DNA of 64,000 nt from a virus (Duplodnaviria > Caudoviricetes), in the IMG/VR virus record IMGVR_UViG_3300011962_000024, positions 18,466-82,465 of that record. One strand, given 5' to 3'. The translations under genes were made by a program, and so were the position numbers. The notes under the pieces are model-generated. The model searched no databases. It was not told the origin of the DNA and saw nothing but the letters and a program-made list of their open reading frames with translations. Positions 54,728 through 63,925 of this stretch are shown one piece after another; positions within the stretch are counted from its first letter, which is position 1, and each line of letters starts with the position of its first letter.

Positions 54728-55358
54728 CTGCGACCAGGGAAGTCCAGAGTGGCATCAGGCTCGGTCAGGCTGCATCACCGCCAGCATGTTCGGCGATGCG
54801 CGTGCAAAGCTGAAATCTGGCGCAAACAAGGGGCAACCTACTTCGGCTGCCCTGGACTACGCTTTCAAGCTGGCGATCGAGCGGATCAGTGGAGTGCCAC
54901 TGGATAACGGCTTCGAGACTTGGCAAATGCGCCGCGGTCATGAACTTGAGCCACAGGCTCGCATGGAGCACGAAATCCAAACCGGGCTGATCGTTCAGCG
55001 CGCCGGCTTTGTCACTACCGATGACGGAGTGTTCGGCGCCAGCGCCGACGGCCTGATCGGCGAAGACGGAGTCAGCGAGTACAAGTGCTTCCTAGCACCC
55101 GAAAAACTGCGCGCCTTCCACATCGACAACGACGCCAGCGGGATCATGGATCAGGTGCAGGGCGTGCTCTGGATTACAGGCCGCAAGTTCGCTCACATCG
55201 GTATGTACTGCCCCGCCCTGGAACCCGTAGGCAAACAGCTCTGGCTTCAGGAGTTCAAGCGCGACGATGACTACATTGAGCAGCTGGAGGCAGATCTCTG
55301 GCAGTTCAAGCTGCTGGTCGATGAGTATGAGGCCAAGCTGCGGAGCAAGGCCGCGTGA
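54714..55358 (+). CDS. YqaJ/lambda-exonuclease family nuclease
   Basis: QGSPEWHQARSGCITAS, RGHELEP, GASADGL, EYKC, QVQG; start trimmed to MRIIN. Confidence 0.9.
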   Translation: MRIINCDQGSPEWHQARSGCITASMFGDARAKLKSGANKGQPTSAALDYAFKLAIERISGVPLDNGFETWQMRRGHELEPQARMEHEIQTGLIVQRAGFVTTDDGVFGASADGLIGEDGVSEYKCFLAPEKLRAFHIDNDASGIMDQVQGVLWITGRKFAHIGMYCPALEPVGKQLWLQEFKRDDDYIEQLEADLWQFKLLVDEYEAKLRSKAA

Positions 55359-55576
55359 GAGACTTTCCCGAACAAACCTGCACCAAGTGCAACGAATCCT
55401 GGCCCGCTGACACCGAGTTCTTCTTCGCCGACAAAGGCAAGGCGCTCGGGATCAGTCACACCTGCAAGGCCTGCTTCGAAGAACTCCCGAGCGTGAAAGC
55501 CAAGCGTGCGCGATGCCGGCGCCTGCCGCTCCGCTCGCCCTGGGAAAGCCTGTTCGAGCAGCGCCAGACCGCATAA
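55355..55576 (+). CDS. Small zinc-finger protein
   Basis: CTKC...CKAC. Confidence 0.68.
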   Translation: MRDFPEQTCTKCNESWPADTEFFFADKGKALGISHTCKACFEELPSVKAKRARCRRLPLRSPWESLFEQRQTA

Positions 55577-55590
55577 CCCGGTGAATCCCC

Positions 55591-55944
55591 ATGATCGATC
55601 ATTCTGCAATATCGCAGGGCGATGCTCTGCGCGCTGAAATTGCCGCGAAGACTGCGGCTTATGAGGCCGTAGTCGGCCCCGTCGAAACGCTGCCGATCCT
55701 CAACCACGACAAGCGCATCCCTTTCCAGATCACCTGCCCCGAGAAGAAGCGGGCCTTGAGCGAGAACCAGGTGAAGACCCGGTCTCGCGGCAAGGTCAAC
55801 GAGGCCCGCCAGCAGATACGCGCGAGAAACCGCGAGCGAGTGATGGCCCTGGCTGGATGCAGGCTGACGCCAAAGGCCATCGCCGAGCGGACCGGGCTTT
55901 CGGTGACGACGGTGCGTTCGATCTTGAAGGAGGCGGCGCCATGA
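55591..55944 (+). CDS. Hypothetical protein with C-terminal HTH
   Basis: TPKAIAERTGLSVTTVRSIL. Confidence 0.68.
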   Translation: MIDHSAISQGDALRAEIAAKTAAYEAVVGPVETLPILNHDKRIPFQITCPEKKRALSENQVKTRSRGKVNEARQQIRARNRERVMALAGCRLTPKAIAERTGLSVTTVRSILKEAAP

Positions 55945-56384
55945 TTCCTCGAGCCCGGCGCGACCGCGTAAGCCGCGCCATCCTTCGCCAGTTCCGCGTT
56001 GCCGTCATCAACATCGACCCCGAAGGCCAGCAATGCCTGATCGACTGGAAGACCGCGAAGAACATCCCGCCGAGCCAGAAGATCGCCGAGGCCGTCTGCG
56101 ATATATCCCATCGCTGGGTGATCTACTTCGGCGCGGTCTGCCTGGATGACCAGGGCAACCGCTACATCAAGGCCGCCGAGATCGAGCCGCAGGGGATTTA
56201 CAAGTCCGACAGCCTGGCCGGCGTAATCGAGGAGCACTACCGGGCGCTGGTGAAGGACTGCAATCCGAGCCACATCATCGGCAGTGGCTGGATTGCGAAC
56301 CCTGGCGGCGTGTCGCTGGATGAGGCGCAGGCCTACAGGATCTTCGAGGCCTGCGGCGCTTGGCTCGTGAGCAAAGCTGCGTGA
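55941..56384 (+). CDS. Hypothetical phage protein
   Basis: Start trimmed to MIPRA after GGAGG. Confidence 0.68.
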   Translation: MIPRARRDRVSRAILRQFRVAVINIDPEGQQCLIDWKTAKNIPPSQKIAEAVCDISHRWVIYFGAVCLDDQGNRYIKAAEIEPQGIYKSDSLAGVIEEHYRALVKDCNPSHIIGSGWIANPGGVSLDEAQAYRIFEACGAWLVSKAA

Positions 56385-56385
56385 C

Positions 56386-56607
56386 TTAAATCGTGTCCAC
56401 TCCTATGTGCCCACCATCCTCAAAGCGTGCCTTAAAGTTCTCTTTGTTACAGCCGGTCATGCGATGACAGTGCGGGCACTGCTGCTGGTTTCCGAAAAGC
56501 ATGCTGCCCTCGAAAGACTGACGATTCCCCAGCCAGATAGCCGAATCAAACCAGGCTCTGCAGTCTTGATGTAGGCACCTAATTTTAATCTCCGTTGTTT
56601 TAGACAT
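56386..56607 (-). CDS. Small zinc-ribbon protein (antisense moron)
   Basis: CLHQDC...CPHC; RBS AGGAG; AT-richer. Confidence 0.65.
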   Translation of the reverse strand: MSKTTEIKIRCLHQDCRAWFDSAIWLGNRQSFEGSMLFGNQQQCPHCHRMTGCNKENFKARFEDGGHIGVDTI

Positions 56608-56692
56608 TCCTCAGCTCCTTTTGCCGGCCCTATGCCGGACCTCGACCCTACCCCGCCAACTATCAAAACGCCACTAGGCGAAAGGATTTGCT

Positions 56693-58420
56693 ATGTCCGT
56701 AATTCAGCGACCCCGCGCCTTGGACTTCCGCACTCAGTACGGCCTGCTGCTCACAGAGCAGGACGAGGAGATCAACGTGGACTTGTTCGCCGGTGGCGGC
56801 GGCGCCAGCACCGGCTTGGAAATGGGCCTCGGCCGCCCGGTACACATCGCCATCAACCACAACCCGGCGGCGATCAGCATGCACCAGGCGAACCATCCGG
56901 GCGCCCTGCACCTGCAGACAGACGTCTGGGCAGTTGATCCGGTCGAAACATTGGCTGGCCGGCGCATCGGCTGGTTCCATGCCTCGCCGGACTGCACCCA
57001 TCACAGCCAGGCGGCCGGCGGCCAACCCCGCAAGAAGGAAATCCGCGATCTGTCGTGGGTGGTCATCAAGTGGGCCGGAATCGGCAAGCCGCGCATCATC
57101 AGCTTGGAGAACGTGAAGCAAATCCGGTCATGGGGCCCGCTGATCGCCAAGCGCTGCAAGCATACCGGCCGAGTGATGAAGCTGGACGGCACAGTAGCGA
57201 GCCCGGGCGAGCGCGTGCCGCGGAACGAGCAGTTCCTGGTGCCGAACCCGAAGCGCAAGGGTGCCACTTGGCGCCGCTTCCTGCAGCAGCTTGAATCGCT
57301 GGGCTATGCCGTCGAGCATCAAGTGCTGCGAGCCTGCGACTACGGTGCACCGACGAGCCGTGAACGCCTATTTCTGGTCGCTCGCCGGGATGGGCAGCCC
57401 ATCGTGTGGCCAGAGCCTACCCATGCCGCCAAGCCAGCCAAGGGTCAGAAGCCCTACCGTACCGCCGCGGAGTGCATTGATTGGAGCGTGCCGAGCAAGA
57501 GCATCTTCGGGCGCGACAAGCCCCTGGCGGATGCGACCATGCGGCGGATCGCCAAGGGCGTCCAGCGTGAGGTCATTCAGAAGGCGAAGCCCTTCATCGT
57601 GCCGATCGCCAATTGGTCGCGTGATGCGATTCACCCGACCGATCAGCCATTGAACACTGTCACGGCCTGGCCGAAGGGTGGATCGTTTGCGGTCGTCGCA
57701 CCGCAACTGGTCAAGTTTCGCTTCGATGAAGGTGGGCTGCCGCTGGATCAGCCCTTGCCTACCATCACATCCGGCGGTAACTACAAGCGCCCCGCTGGAG
57801 CCGCGCATGCGATGGGCGTCGCCACGGCGTTCCTCGCTCAGGCCAACGGGGGATTCAACACGACGCACTCCAAAGCGCTGGACGAGCCAATGACCACTGT
57901 CACCAATACTGGAAGCCAACAGCAGCTGGTCACGGCCAACCTGGTGACGCTTCGGAAAAACTGCGTTGGCCGTGGAATGGACGAGCCGGTACCAACCCTC
58001 ACCGCCGGCGCTGAGCATCACGCTCTGGTGGAATGCACACTCTCGCCCGAGGTGAAGGATGGAGCGCTACGCTGCGCCGCCTTCCTGATGAAGTACCACG
58101 GCATCGGAGAGAACGTGATCGGTATGGACGAGCCGATCAGCACCATCACAACCAAGGATCGCCTGGCCCTGGTTACCGTGTGGATCGGCGGCGACCCGTA
58201 CGTGATCGTCGATATCTGCCTGCGGATGCTGCAGCCGCACGAGCTGTACGCCGCGCAGGGCTTCCCGCCGAACTACATCATCACTCACGGTCACGACGGC
58301 CGCCGATTCACCAAGTCCGAGCAGGTGCACATGTGCGGCAACAGCGTCAGCCCGCCGCCCATGGCTGCGATCACTCGAGCGAACGATCCTTGGCGAGAAA
58401 AGGCAGCCATTGCTGCCTGA
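56693..58420 (+). CDS. C5-cytosine DNA methyltransferase
   Basis: DLFAGGGG, SPDC catalytic motif, ENV, RERLFLVA, GNSVSPP. Confidence 0.92.
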   Translation: MSVIQRPRALDFRTQYGLLLTEQDEEINVDLFAGGGGASTGLEMGLGRPVHIAINHNPAAISMHQANHPGALHLQTDVWAVDPVETLAGRRIGWFHASPDCTHHSQAAGGQPRKKEIRDLSWVVIKWAGIGKPRIISLENVKQIRSWGPLIAKRCKHTGRVMKLDGTVASPGERVPRNEQFLVPNPKRKGATWRRFLQQLESLGYAVEHQVLRACDYGAPTSRERLFLVARRDGQPIVWPEPTHAAKPAKGQKPYRTAAECIDWSVPSKSIFGRDKPLADATMRRIAKGVQREVIQKAKPFIVPIANWSRDAIHPTDQPLNTVTAWPKGGSFAVVAPQLVKFRFDEGGLPLDQPLPTITSGGNYKRPAGAAHAMGVATAFLAQANGGFNTTHSKALDEPMTTVTNTGSQQQLVTANLVTLRKNCVGRGMDEPVPTLTAGAEHHALVECTLSPEVKDGALRCAAFLMKYHGIGENVIGMDEPISTITTKDRLALVTVWIGGDPYVIVDICLRMLQPHELYAAQGFPPNYIITHGHDGRRFTKSEQVHMCGNSVSPPPMAAITRANDPWREKAAIAA

Positions 58421-58430
58421 CTCCTCACCC

Positions 58431-58637
58431 TCAATACGGGCGCTTGCCTAGCACCTCATCCCGAAGGTGGCGGAAGTCGTCTGCATCTCGATGCAGCTGC
58501 TCCACCACATTCAGAAGACGCTGCTTCAGTAGGTCGTCACCCTCAATGTGATCGAGCGCGCGCATCACCGCAATGGCGGCTGATTCGTTGTGCTCAGCAG
58601 CTGATGCGAGTTTTCTGCTGAGGTTTTGGCGCGACAT
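58431..58637 (-). CDS. Hypothetical helical protein (antisense moron)
   Basis: 68 aa, GAGG RBS. Confidence 0.62.
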   Translation of the reverse strand: MSRQNLSRKLASAAEHNESAAIAVMRALDHIEGDDLLKQRLLNVVEQLHRDADDFRHLRDEVLGKRPY

Positions 58638-58646
58638 CGTTGCGCC

Positions 58647-58814
58647 TCACGTGGCCGGCCTCTTCGACCCACCCGGCGCTGCGTTGCCTCTACCGCTACC
58701 TGAAGGATTGCCCGAGGTGCTGGAGCAGTTTCCCCTTGGGCCTGGATGACTCGACTGGGGCTTTCCGCCGCCCTGGCTGCTGCTCTGACCACCCTTTCCG
58801 CTGCCTTTTGCCAT
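58647..58814 (-). CDS. Gly/Ser/Lys-rich small protein (55 aa)
   Basis: Hand translation MAKGSGKGGQSSSQGGGKPQSSHPGPKGNCSSTSGNPSGSGRGNAAPGGSKRPAT; RBS GAGGTG. Confidence 0.55.
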   Translation of the reverse strand: MAKGSGKGGQSSSQGGGKPQSSHPGPRGNCSSTSGNPSGSGRGNAAPGGSKRPAT

Positions 58815-58960
58815 GACCGTCACCTCGCCTGTGAATGCTCAGTTGAGAGTAGCTGACAGAGCGGGAACTGGTGAGCCGCCTATACCTGCCGGCGCCAGCC
58901 GGCCATAGCGTTCGGCAGTAATCCCTACCCCAACCTATTCGGCATCGACGAGGTATCACC

Positions 58961-59059
58961 GTGCCCAGCAATCCACCTGTGTTCTGCCGCACCACCGGCC
59001 AACTGATCGGCGCATGCGTGTGCCTGCGCTGCCAGCCACCCAAGGAGCAAGACAAGTGA
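58961..59059 (+). CDS. Tiny Cys-rich peptide (32 aa)
   Basis: GAGGT RBS, GTG start, FCRTTGQLIGACVCLRC. Confidence 0.5.
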   Translation: MPSNPPVFCRTTGQLIGACVCLRCQPPKEQDK

Positions 59060-59268
59060 TCAACAACCTGAAAAGCCTGTGCGTACTCGCGCTACTGCTG
59101 CTCTTCGTCGCTTATGCCTGCGTGGCTCTGTATGGCCAGATCGCAGGCGACACGACCGGCGCCTTCTATAGCGAGGAAATAGACGCCACCTGCGTCACCC
59201 AGCGCAAAGGCGGTGCTCTTGCCATGAGCTGCATGCCGGGCGATCGATTCGAGGAGAACCAGCAATGA
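59056..59268 (+). CDS. Small membrane-anchored protein
   Basis: N-terminal TM helix; GTGA overlap. Confidence 0.6.
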   Translation: MINNLKSLCVLALLLLFVAYACVALYGQIAGDTTGAFYSEEIDATCVTQRKGGALAMSCMPGDRFEENQQ

Positions 59269-60269
59269 ACAAGCCAATCCACCCAGCGGTAGCTGAGCAT
59301 GTATTGCAGGAGAACCACGCTCTAAGGGAGGTCGCTCGCGAGGCCTTAGCCGTTATTGAACGTCTGCGCCCAGCTGGCAATGGAATGGGAACGATCGTTA
59401 GGCTCAAAGCCGCCCTATCCCAGCAGGCCGAGCCGGTAGAGCCAGCCCCGACGCAGGATGAGCGGAAATTGCCGGAACCCTACGGGTGGGTAGCTGTGGG
59501 CGGGTTTTTTACAGATCGAGAGAAGGCGATTCAGGCAGCAGAAAAGACGCCATGCATTGAAGTTTATTCGCGCCCGCAACTGCTCGCAGCAGCCCGCCCC
59601 GCGCAGACCGAGCAGCAGCCTGACCCAGTCCTCTGCGACTTCTATGGCGCGAAAGACTACCCTGGCCTAGTTGGCGAGCTAGTGGCCCATGTGAAGCAGT
59701 TGCAGGAAGCGGCAAAGCGGAACGTAAAGCCATGGGAGGACACCTTTCCACCGACTTTACTACCGGCCTACATAAAACGGATCGAGGAAGGAACCGCCCC
59801 TGTCGTGCAGGCCAAGCCAGTTCCGGCGCAGGATACGCGGGAGGCAGAAGTGCATACAGCGATCCGTAACCTACGCTGCATAGCGAAAACGGTGCTTTCT
59901 AGCGAGGCGCGATCAAGCATGAGGGCGGACCTCGAAAGCGCCATCCGTCTACTAATCGCCCGCCCCGCGCAGACCGGGCAGCAGCCATGCCCGGTATGTG
60001 ATGGGGTTGGAGAGCTGAACCAATTTGGCGCCGGCAACGAGTATCGATGCGAGTCGTGTGACGGTAACAGAATGGTTCGAATGGCTGCCGCCCCCATCGT
60101 GCAGACCGCCCAGCTGCCGGAGCAGACCGGGCTGGTGGAGGCTGCGAATCGGGTTGTTACATGGCTCGATTGGTCGGGTGGGCTGCCCGTGGTTGGAGGC
60201 CAATCTCTTACCCGCGACATACAGAAGCTTCGCGCCGCCCTGGCCGCTCAAGGAGACCGCGATGAGTGA
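59265..60269 (+). CDS. Mosaic multi-module hypothetical protein
   Basis: Modules separated by PAQTxQQP/PAQD linkers; includes CPVC...CESC. Confidence 0.68.
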   Translation: MNKPIHPAVAEHVLQENHALREVAREALAVIERLRPAGNGMGTIVRLKAALSQQAEPVEPAPTQDERKLPEPYGWVAVGGFFTDREKAIQAAEKTPCIEVYSRPQLLAAARPAQTEQQPDPVLCDFYGAKDYPGLVGELVAHVKQLQEAAKRNVKPWEDTFPPTLLPAYIKRIEEGTAPVVQAKPVPAQDTREAEVHTAIRNLRCIAKTVLSSEARSSMRADLESAIRLLIARPAQTGQQPCPVCDGVGELNQFGAGNEYRCESCDGNRMVRMAAAPIVQTAQLPEQTGLVEAANRVVTWLDWSGGLPVVGGQSLTRDIQKLRAALAAQGDRDE

Positions 60270-60900
60270 ATTCCAAGATTGGTGCAATAAGCCAGAGGTG
60301 GTGCTTACAGGAAATGGATGGGGCGTGCGGATCAGCGGCTGTGACGTGTTCGACCCGATCAATCAGCGCGGAGTAAAAAGCTTTCGCGCATTCGACGTAG
60401 TGAAGGGATTGCCGACGAAGGAAGAGGCCTCTTCCTTCTTGGCGAACTGGCTAAAGGAACAGCTTCCCGACTATGACGTCCTGGCTGCTGAGAATGAGCG
60501 GCTGCGGCAGGAGCTGGCGGACCCACATCGCCTGGCGCGCCACTCGAAGCGACTAGTTGAGGAACTGCGAGCCCGCGTGGCCGAGCTTGAGCGGGATGCG
60601 GCGCGGTGGAAGCGGGACAGCGAGCTGCTGAGCGCCATCGAAGGTGAGTGCTGGGACGTGAGATTCCTCAGCACACCGAACGCCGACGCAGGCGATAGCA
60701 GTATCAGCATCGAAATAGTCGGCCACTTCATGGCGGCCCCGTGCGAGCGCGTCGTGGGCGAGAACTACAACGAGAATCTTCGCGCCGCACTGGAGCAGGC
60801 GATGACCGCCGAAGACTACCCACCAGCACGGCCTGAATACGATGAGCGCGGCCGCCCTGTCGCCGCCCTGGCCCAGTCTGCGAAGGAGACCCAGCAATGA
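60262..60900 (+). CDS. Mosaic hypothetical protein
   Basis: Start MSEFQ after AGGAG; ELERDAARW linker. Confidence 0.62.
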   Translation: MSEFQDWCNKPEVVLTGNGWGVRISGCDVFDPINQRGVKSFRAFDVVKGLPTKEEASSFLANWLKEQLPDYDVLAAENERLRQELADPHRLARHSKRLVEELRARVAELERDAARWKRDSELLSAIEGECWDVRFLSTPNADAGDSSISIEIVGHFMAAPCERVVGENYNENLRAALEQAMTAEDYPPARPEYDERGRPVAALAQSAKETQQ

Positions 60901-61490
60901 GACAGGTATTGGTTGATCGGGAGTTGCTGCTACAGCTGTTCCGTTGCTGGGATGCCGGCCTTGAGGTGGACAACGAGCTGGAAGAGCTGCGCATTGCAGC
61001 GGCCCAGCCCGCAGAGGCGGAAGGGGCGATCCAGTGCCCCGCGTCGCAACCCGCCGAGTGCTATGCCGCAGGAACGCAGGTCGTCCATGCCAGTCTGGTG
61101 CATGGCATCGTTCGCAAGGCCGACGAGCTGCAGGCCGCCCTCTCCGCCGTGACTGCCGAGCGGGATGCGCGCGACTGGGAGATGAAGGCGCAGGGGGTCG
61201 AGAGTGTGATTAACCTCGTTGTCAGCAAGCACGATCAGGAGGTGTTGCGACGGTATGCCGACGACAAGCGAGCTGAGGGTAGGCGAGTAGCACCCGGCCC
61301 AGTAGACCTGGCCGCCGACGACAGACAATTGCGCCACGACTTCGAATCACGCTGGCCGGTGCCGAAGGGCGTGACATGGGGCGCCGGCATCGGCGATTAC
61401 TGCGTTTCCGAATTCGCGTCAGGCATTGCCCTTTCCTACCCCGATATGTGGATGGCCTACAAGGCGGGCGCCGCGAGGGCAGAAGTATGA
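60897..61490 (+). CDS. Mosaic hypothetical protein
   Basis: VLVDRELL, ALSAVTAERD, FESRWPVPKGV. Confidence 0.62.
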   Translation: MRQVLVDRELLLQLFRCWDAGLEVDNELEELRIAAAQPAEAEGAIQCPASQPAECYAAGTQVVHASLVHGIVRKADELQAALSAVTAERDARDWEMKAQGVESVINLVVSKHDQEVLRRYADDKRAEGRRVAPGPVDLAADDRQLRHDFESRWPVPKGVTWGAGIGDYCVSEFASGIALSYPDMWMAYKAGAARAEV

Positions 61491-61849
61491 ACTACGTACC
61501 GGAGTGTCTACGCAACCTTCCGCCGCAGAAGAGCAAGCCTGCAGAGTCAAAGCGCCGAAAGGTAGCTCGGGACTTGGCAGATATGACAATCATTGAGTGC
61601 ATCCAGCGACTCAAAGCCGCCCGCCGCAGCAAGCCAGCAGAATGGGAGCGGGGCTACAACAGCGCAATTACCACACTGGAGCTATTCGCCGCTGAGGTTA
61701 AGTCCAAGCAATGGGCTGGCACAGAAGGCGCAGCAGTTGTAAGCCAGAAGTTTACAACTGAGGCTACTTCGCACTGCACATGCGGCCCGGGGGATGGATG
61801 CACGAACTGCCCTGGTATCCGCGCCGCCCTGGCTGCGAAGGAGGCGTGA
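61487..61849 (+). CDS. Hypothetical protein
   Basis: Start MNYVP overlapping the upstream stop; CTCGPGDGCTNC near the end. Confidence 0.58.
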   Translation: MNYVPECLRNLPPQKSKPAESKRRKVARDLADMTIIECIQRLKAARRSKPAEWERGYNSAITTLELFAAEVKSKQWAGTEGAAVVSQKFTTEATSHCTCGPGDGCTNCPGIRAALAAKEA

Positions 61850-61850
61850 T

Positions 61851-62009
61851 ATGCGACGCACCCATTCAGCTCTAGCCCTCGCACTAAGCTCTGCCGTTGC
61901 CTGCAGCTGGCGTGTGCCTGAGCTGATCAAGCGCACCGACGACCCATACGCCAGATCGCCGCGCAGCAAGGGCGAGAAAGCGCGCAACAAGCGGCACCGC
62001 CGCCACTGA
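61851..62009 (+). CDS. Small basic protein
   Basis: MRRTHS...SKGEKARNKRHRRH; GGAGG RBS. Confidence 0.5.
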   Translation: MRRTHSALALALSSAVACSWRVPELIKRTDDPYARSPRSKGEKARNKRHRRH

Positions 62010-62093
62010 CACCCTGACCCCAAGTCAGGCACTCACCCCTAACCCCACCCAAACACACAGCCTGCCGGCGCGAGTCGGTGGGGAGGAGAAGTC

Positions 62094-62474
62094 ATGCCTG
62101 AAATCAAGTGTGCACACGGCCACGCTACGCACGTTGGCACCGACGAATGGATCGGATTGCTGACCCTTGACCAGATGCGTTATGCCCGTGACCAGATGGC
62201 AGAAAAAATCACAAAGGCAGAGGAACAGCCGAAGCGAATCGTTTGGCGCGTATGCGTTGGAGTCTGGGTCGATGGCAACTACCGCGAGGAAGACTTCGAG
62301 ATGGCCGCCGATCATCTCCTCAGGATCTTCAAGGAGCGATTCACCAAGGAGGCGCAGGACTTCATTGCCGAACCATGCGGTACGTTTCAGTTCGCACGCG
62401 AGATTCCCCACATAGCCCCGGAACGCGTCACTCAGCTCGAATACGAAACCGAGTGGTTTCCGCCTTCCGCCTAA
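62094..62474 (+). CDS. Hypothetical protein
   Basis: RBS GAGGAG; 126 aa. Confidence 0.68.
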   Translation: MPEIKCAHGHATHVGTDEWIGLLTLDQMRYARDQMAEKITKAEEQPKRIVWRVCVGVWVDGNYREEDFEMAADHLLRIFKERFTKEAQDFIAEPCGTFQFAREIPHIAPERVTQLEYETEWFPPSA

Positions 62475-62513
62475 CCCCACCCTTTCCCCACCCGATATGC
62501 GGGAGGAGTAACT

Positions 62514-62726
62514 ATGCAAAAGGAACTGATCAAGATCAGTGAGTTCCAGCGCCGACGCTGGGGCGAGAACGGGACGCCGATGTGCCCGCAGGCCATCCGG
62601 ATGCAGCTGCGCAACGGTCAGCTGCCGGGCGAGCAGATCGGCAAGCTCTGGTATGTCGACTGGACAGCATTCAGCAAAGCAGGATCGAATGATCTGGTAT
62701 CGATGGTGCTCAAAGGAGCTGCGTGA
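62514..62726 (+). CDS. xis: Excisionase
   Basis: LIKISEFQRRRWG...LPGEQIGKLWYVDW, coupled to the integrase. Confidence 0.85.
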   Translation: MQKELIKISEFQRRRWGENGTPMCPQAIRMQLRNGQLPGEQIGKLWYVDWTAFSKAGSNDLVSMVLKGAA

Positions 62727-63838
62727 TGTCGCCAAGGCCGCGAAGCAAAAGCAACAAGGGGTTGCCGCAGAATCTCTACATGGATGCGCGTCGCGGCACT
62801 TACCGCTATCGGCGCCCCACGGATGGGAAGTGGTTCCAGTTCGGACCTGATCGCGTGAAGGCGATCGACGCGGCCAAGCAGCTGAACCTGACATTCATGC
62901 AGGGCAGCGATCTGGTCGCAAAAGTGAGCGGCGCCGAGGTGGACCTGTTCGCCAGTTTCCTCGACTACTACGAGCGCGACGTGCTGCCGCCGCGCGAGTT
63001 GGCGAAAGGGACGCTCGATCTATACGCCGTCCGGTTCCGCCAGTTCCGCAAGGCTTTTGACGGCAAGGCGGTCGACCAGATCACCACGCGCATGGTCGCC
63101 GAGCTGCTGGACAGCCTGACGCCGCGTTCGGCCAATCAGGCCCGGGCGCTACTGGTAGACGTGTTCAAGCACGCGATTGCCAAAGGGCTTTGCCCGGATA
63201 ACCCGGCAGAGAATACGCTGCTGAAGATCGAGAAGAAGCAGCGTCGGCGGCACACCGTCGAGGGGCTGAAGGCCATCCGGGCCAAGGCGCCGACCTGGCT
63301 GCAGAATGCGATCGACCTTGCCCTGATCACCGCCCAGCGCCGCACGGATATCCTCTCCATGCGATTCGACGATGTGCGAGACGGGTATCTGTACGTGGTC
63401 CAGCAGAAAACAGCCAAGGCCAGCGACGCGGCGTGGATCCGCTTTGCCGTGACGCCTCAGCTGCACGCCGTGATCAGCCGGTGCCGGGATAACGTGCCCT
63501 CCCCGTTCCTGGTTCACCGCCGGCCGGAGCGAAAGCGGCAGAAACAGGCCGAGCAGAAACAGCACTGGACGAAGGTTGAGGAGCGATACCTGACGCGAGC
63601 ATTCAAGGATGCCCGGGACGAAGCCGGCTGCTATGCCGACTGGAAGGAGGAGGAGCAGCCAGGGTTCCATGAGATACGCGCCCTATCGCTCCACCTCTAC
63701 AAGAAGGCAGGCAAGGACGGTCAGAAGATCGCCGGCCATGCCAGCGAGGAGATGACGAAGAACTATCAGCGCGACCACGCTGAAGTGGTCTGGTCAGAAG
63801 CGATTCCTGACCTCGATATCGCGGAAATCGCCGGATAG
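62723..63838 (+). CDS. int: Tyrosine integrase (lambda-type)
   Basis: N-terminal arm-binding domain; catalytic R (QRRTD), K (QQKT), HEIR, GH and Y (TKNY) all present. Confidence 0.95.
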   Translation: MMSPRPRSKSNKGLPQNLYMDARRGTYRYRRPTDGKWFQFGPDRVKAIDAAKQLNLTFMQGSDLVAKVSGAEVDLFASFLDYYERDVLPPRELAKGTLDLYAVRFRQFRKAFDGKAVDQITTRMVAELLDSLTPRSANQARALLVDVFKHAIAKGLCPDNPAENTLLKIEKKQRRRHTVEGLKAIRAKAPTWLQNAIDLALITAQRRTDILSMRFDDVRDGYLYVVQQKTAKASDAAWIRFAVTPQLHAVISRCRDNVPSPFLVHRRPERKRQKQAEQKQHWTKVEERYLTRAFKDARDEAGCYADWKEEEQPGFHEIRALSLHLYKKAGKDGQKIAGHASEEMTKNYQRDHAEVVWSEAIPDLDIAEIAG

Positions 63839-63869
63839 TTTTGCGCGCATTTTGCGCCAGTTTTGCGCA
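63838..63869 (+). repeat. Three arm-type sites (G/A)TTTTGCGC at 11-bp period
   Basis: 63838, 63849, 63860; matches 9736. Confidence 0.72.
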
Positions 63870-63925
63870 AGGCCAGAAACGAAAACGGGACCAGAGCCGT
63901 AAGCTACTGATCCCGTTAAGTTATT

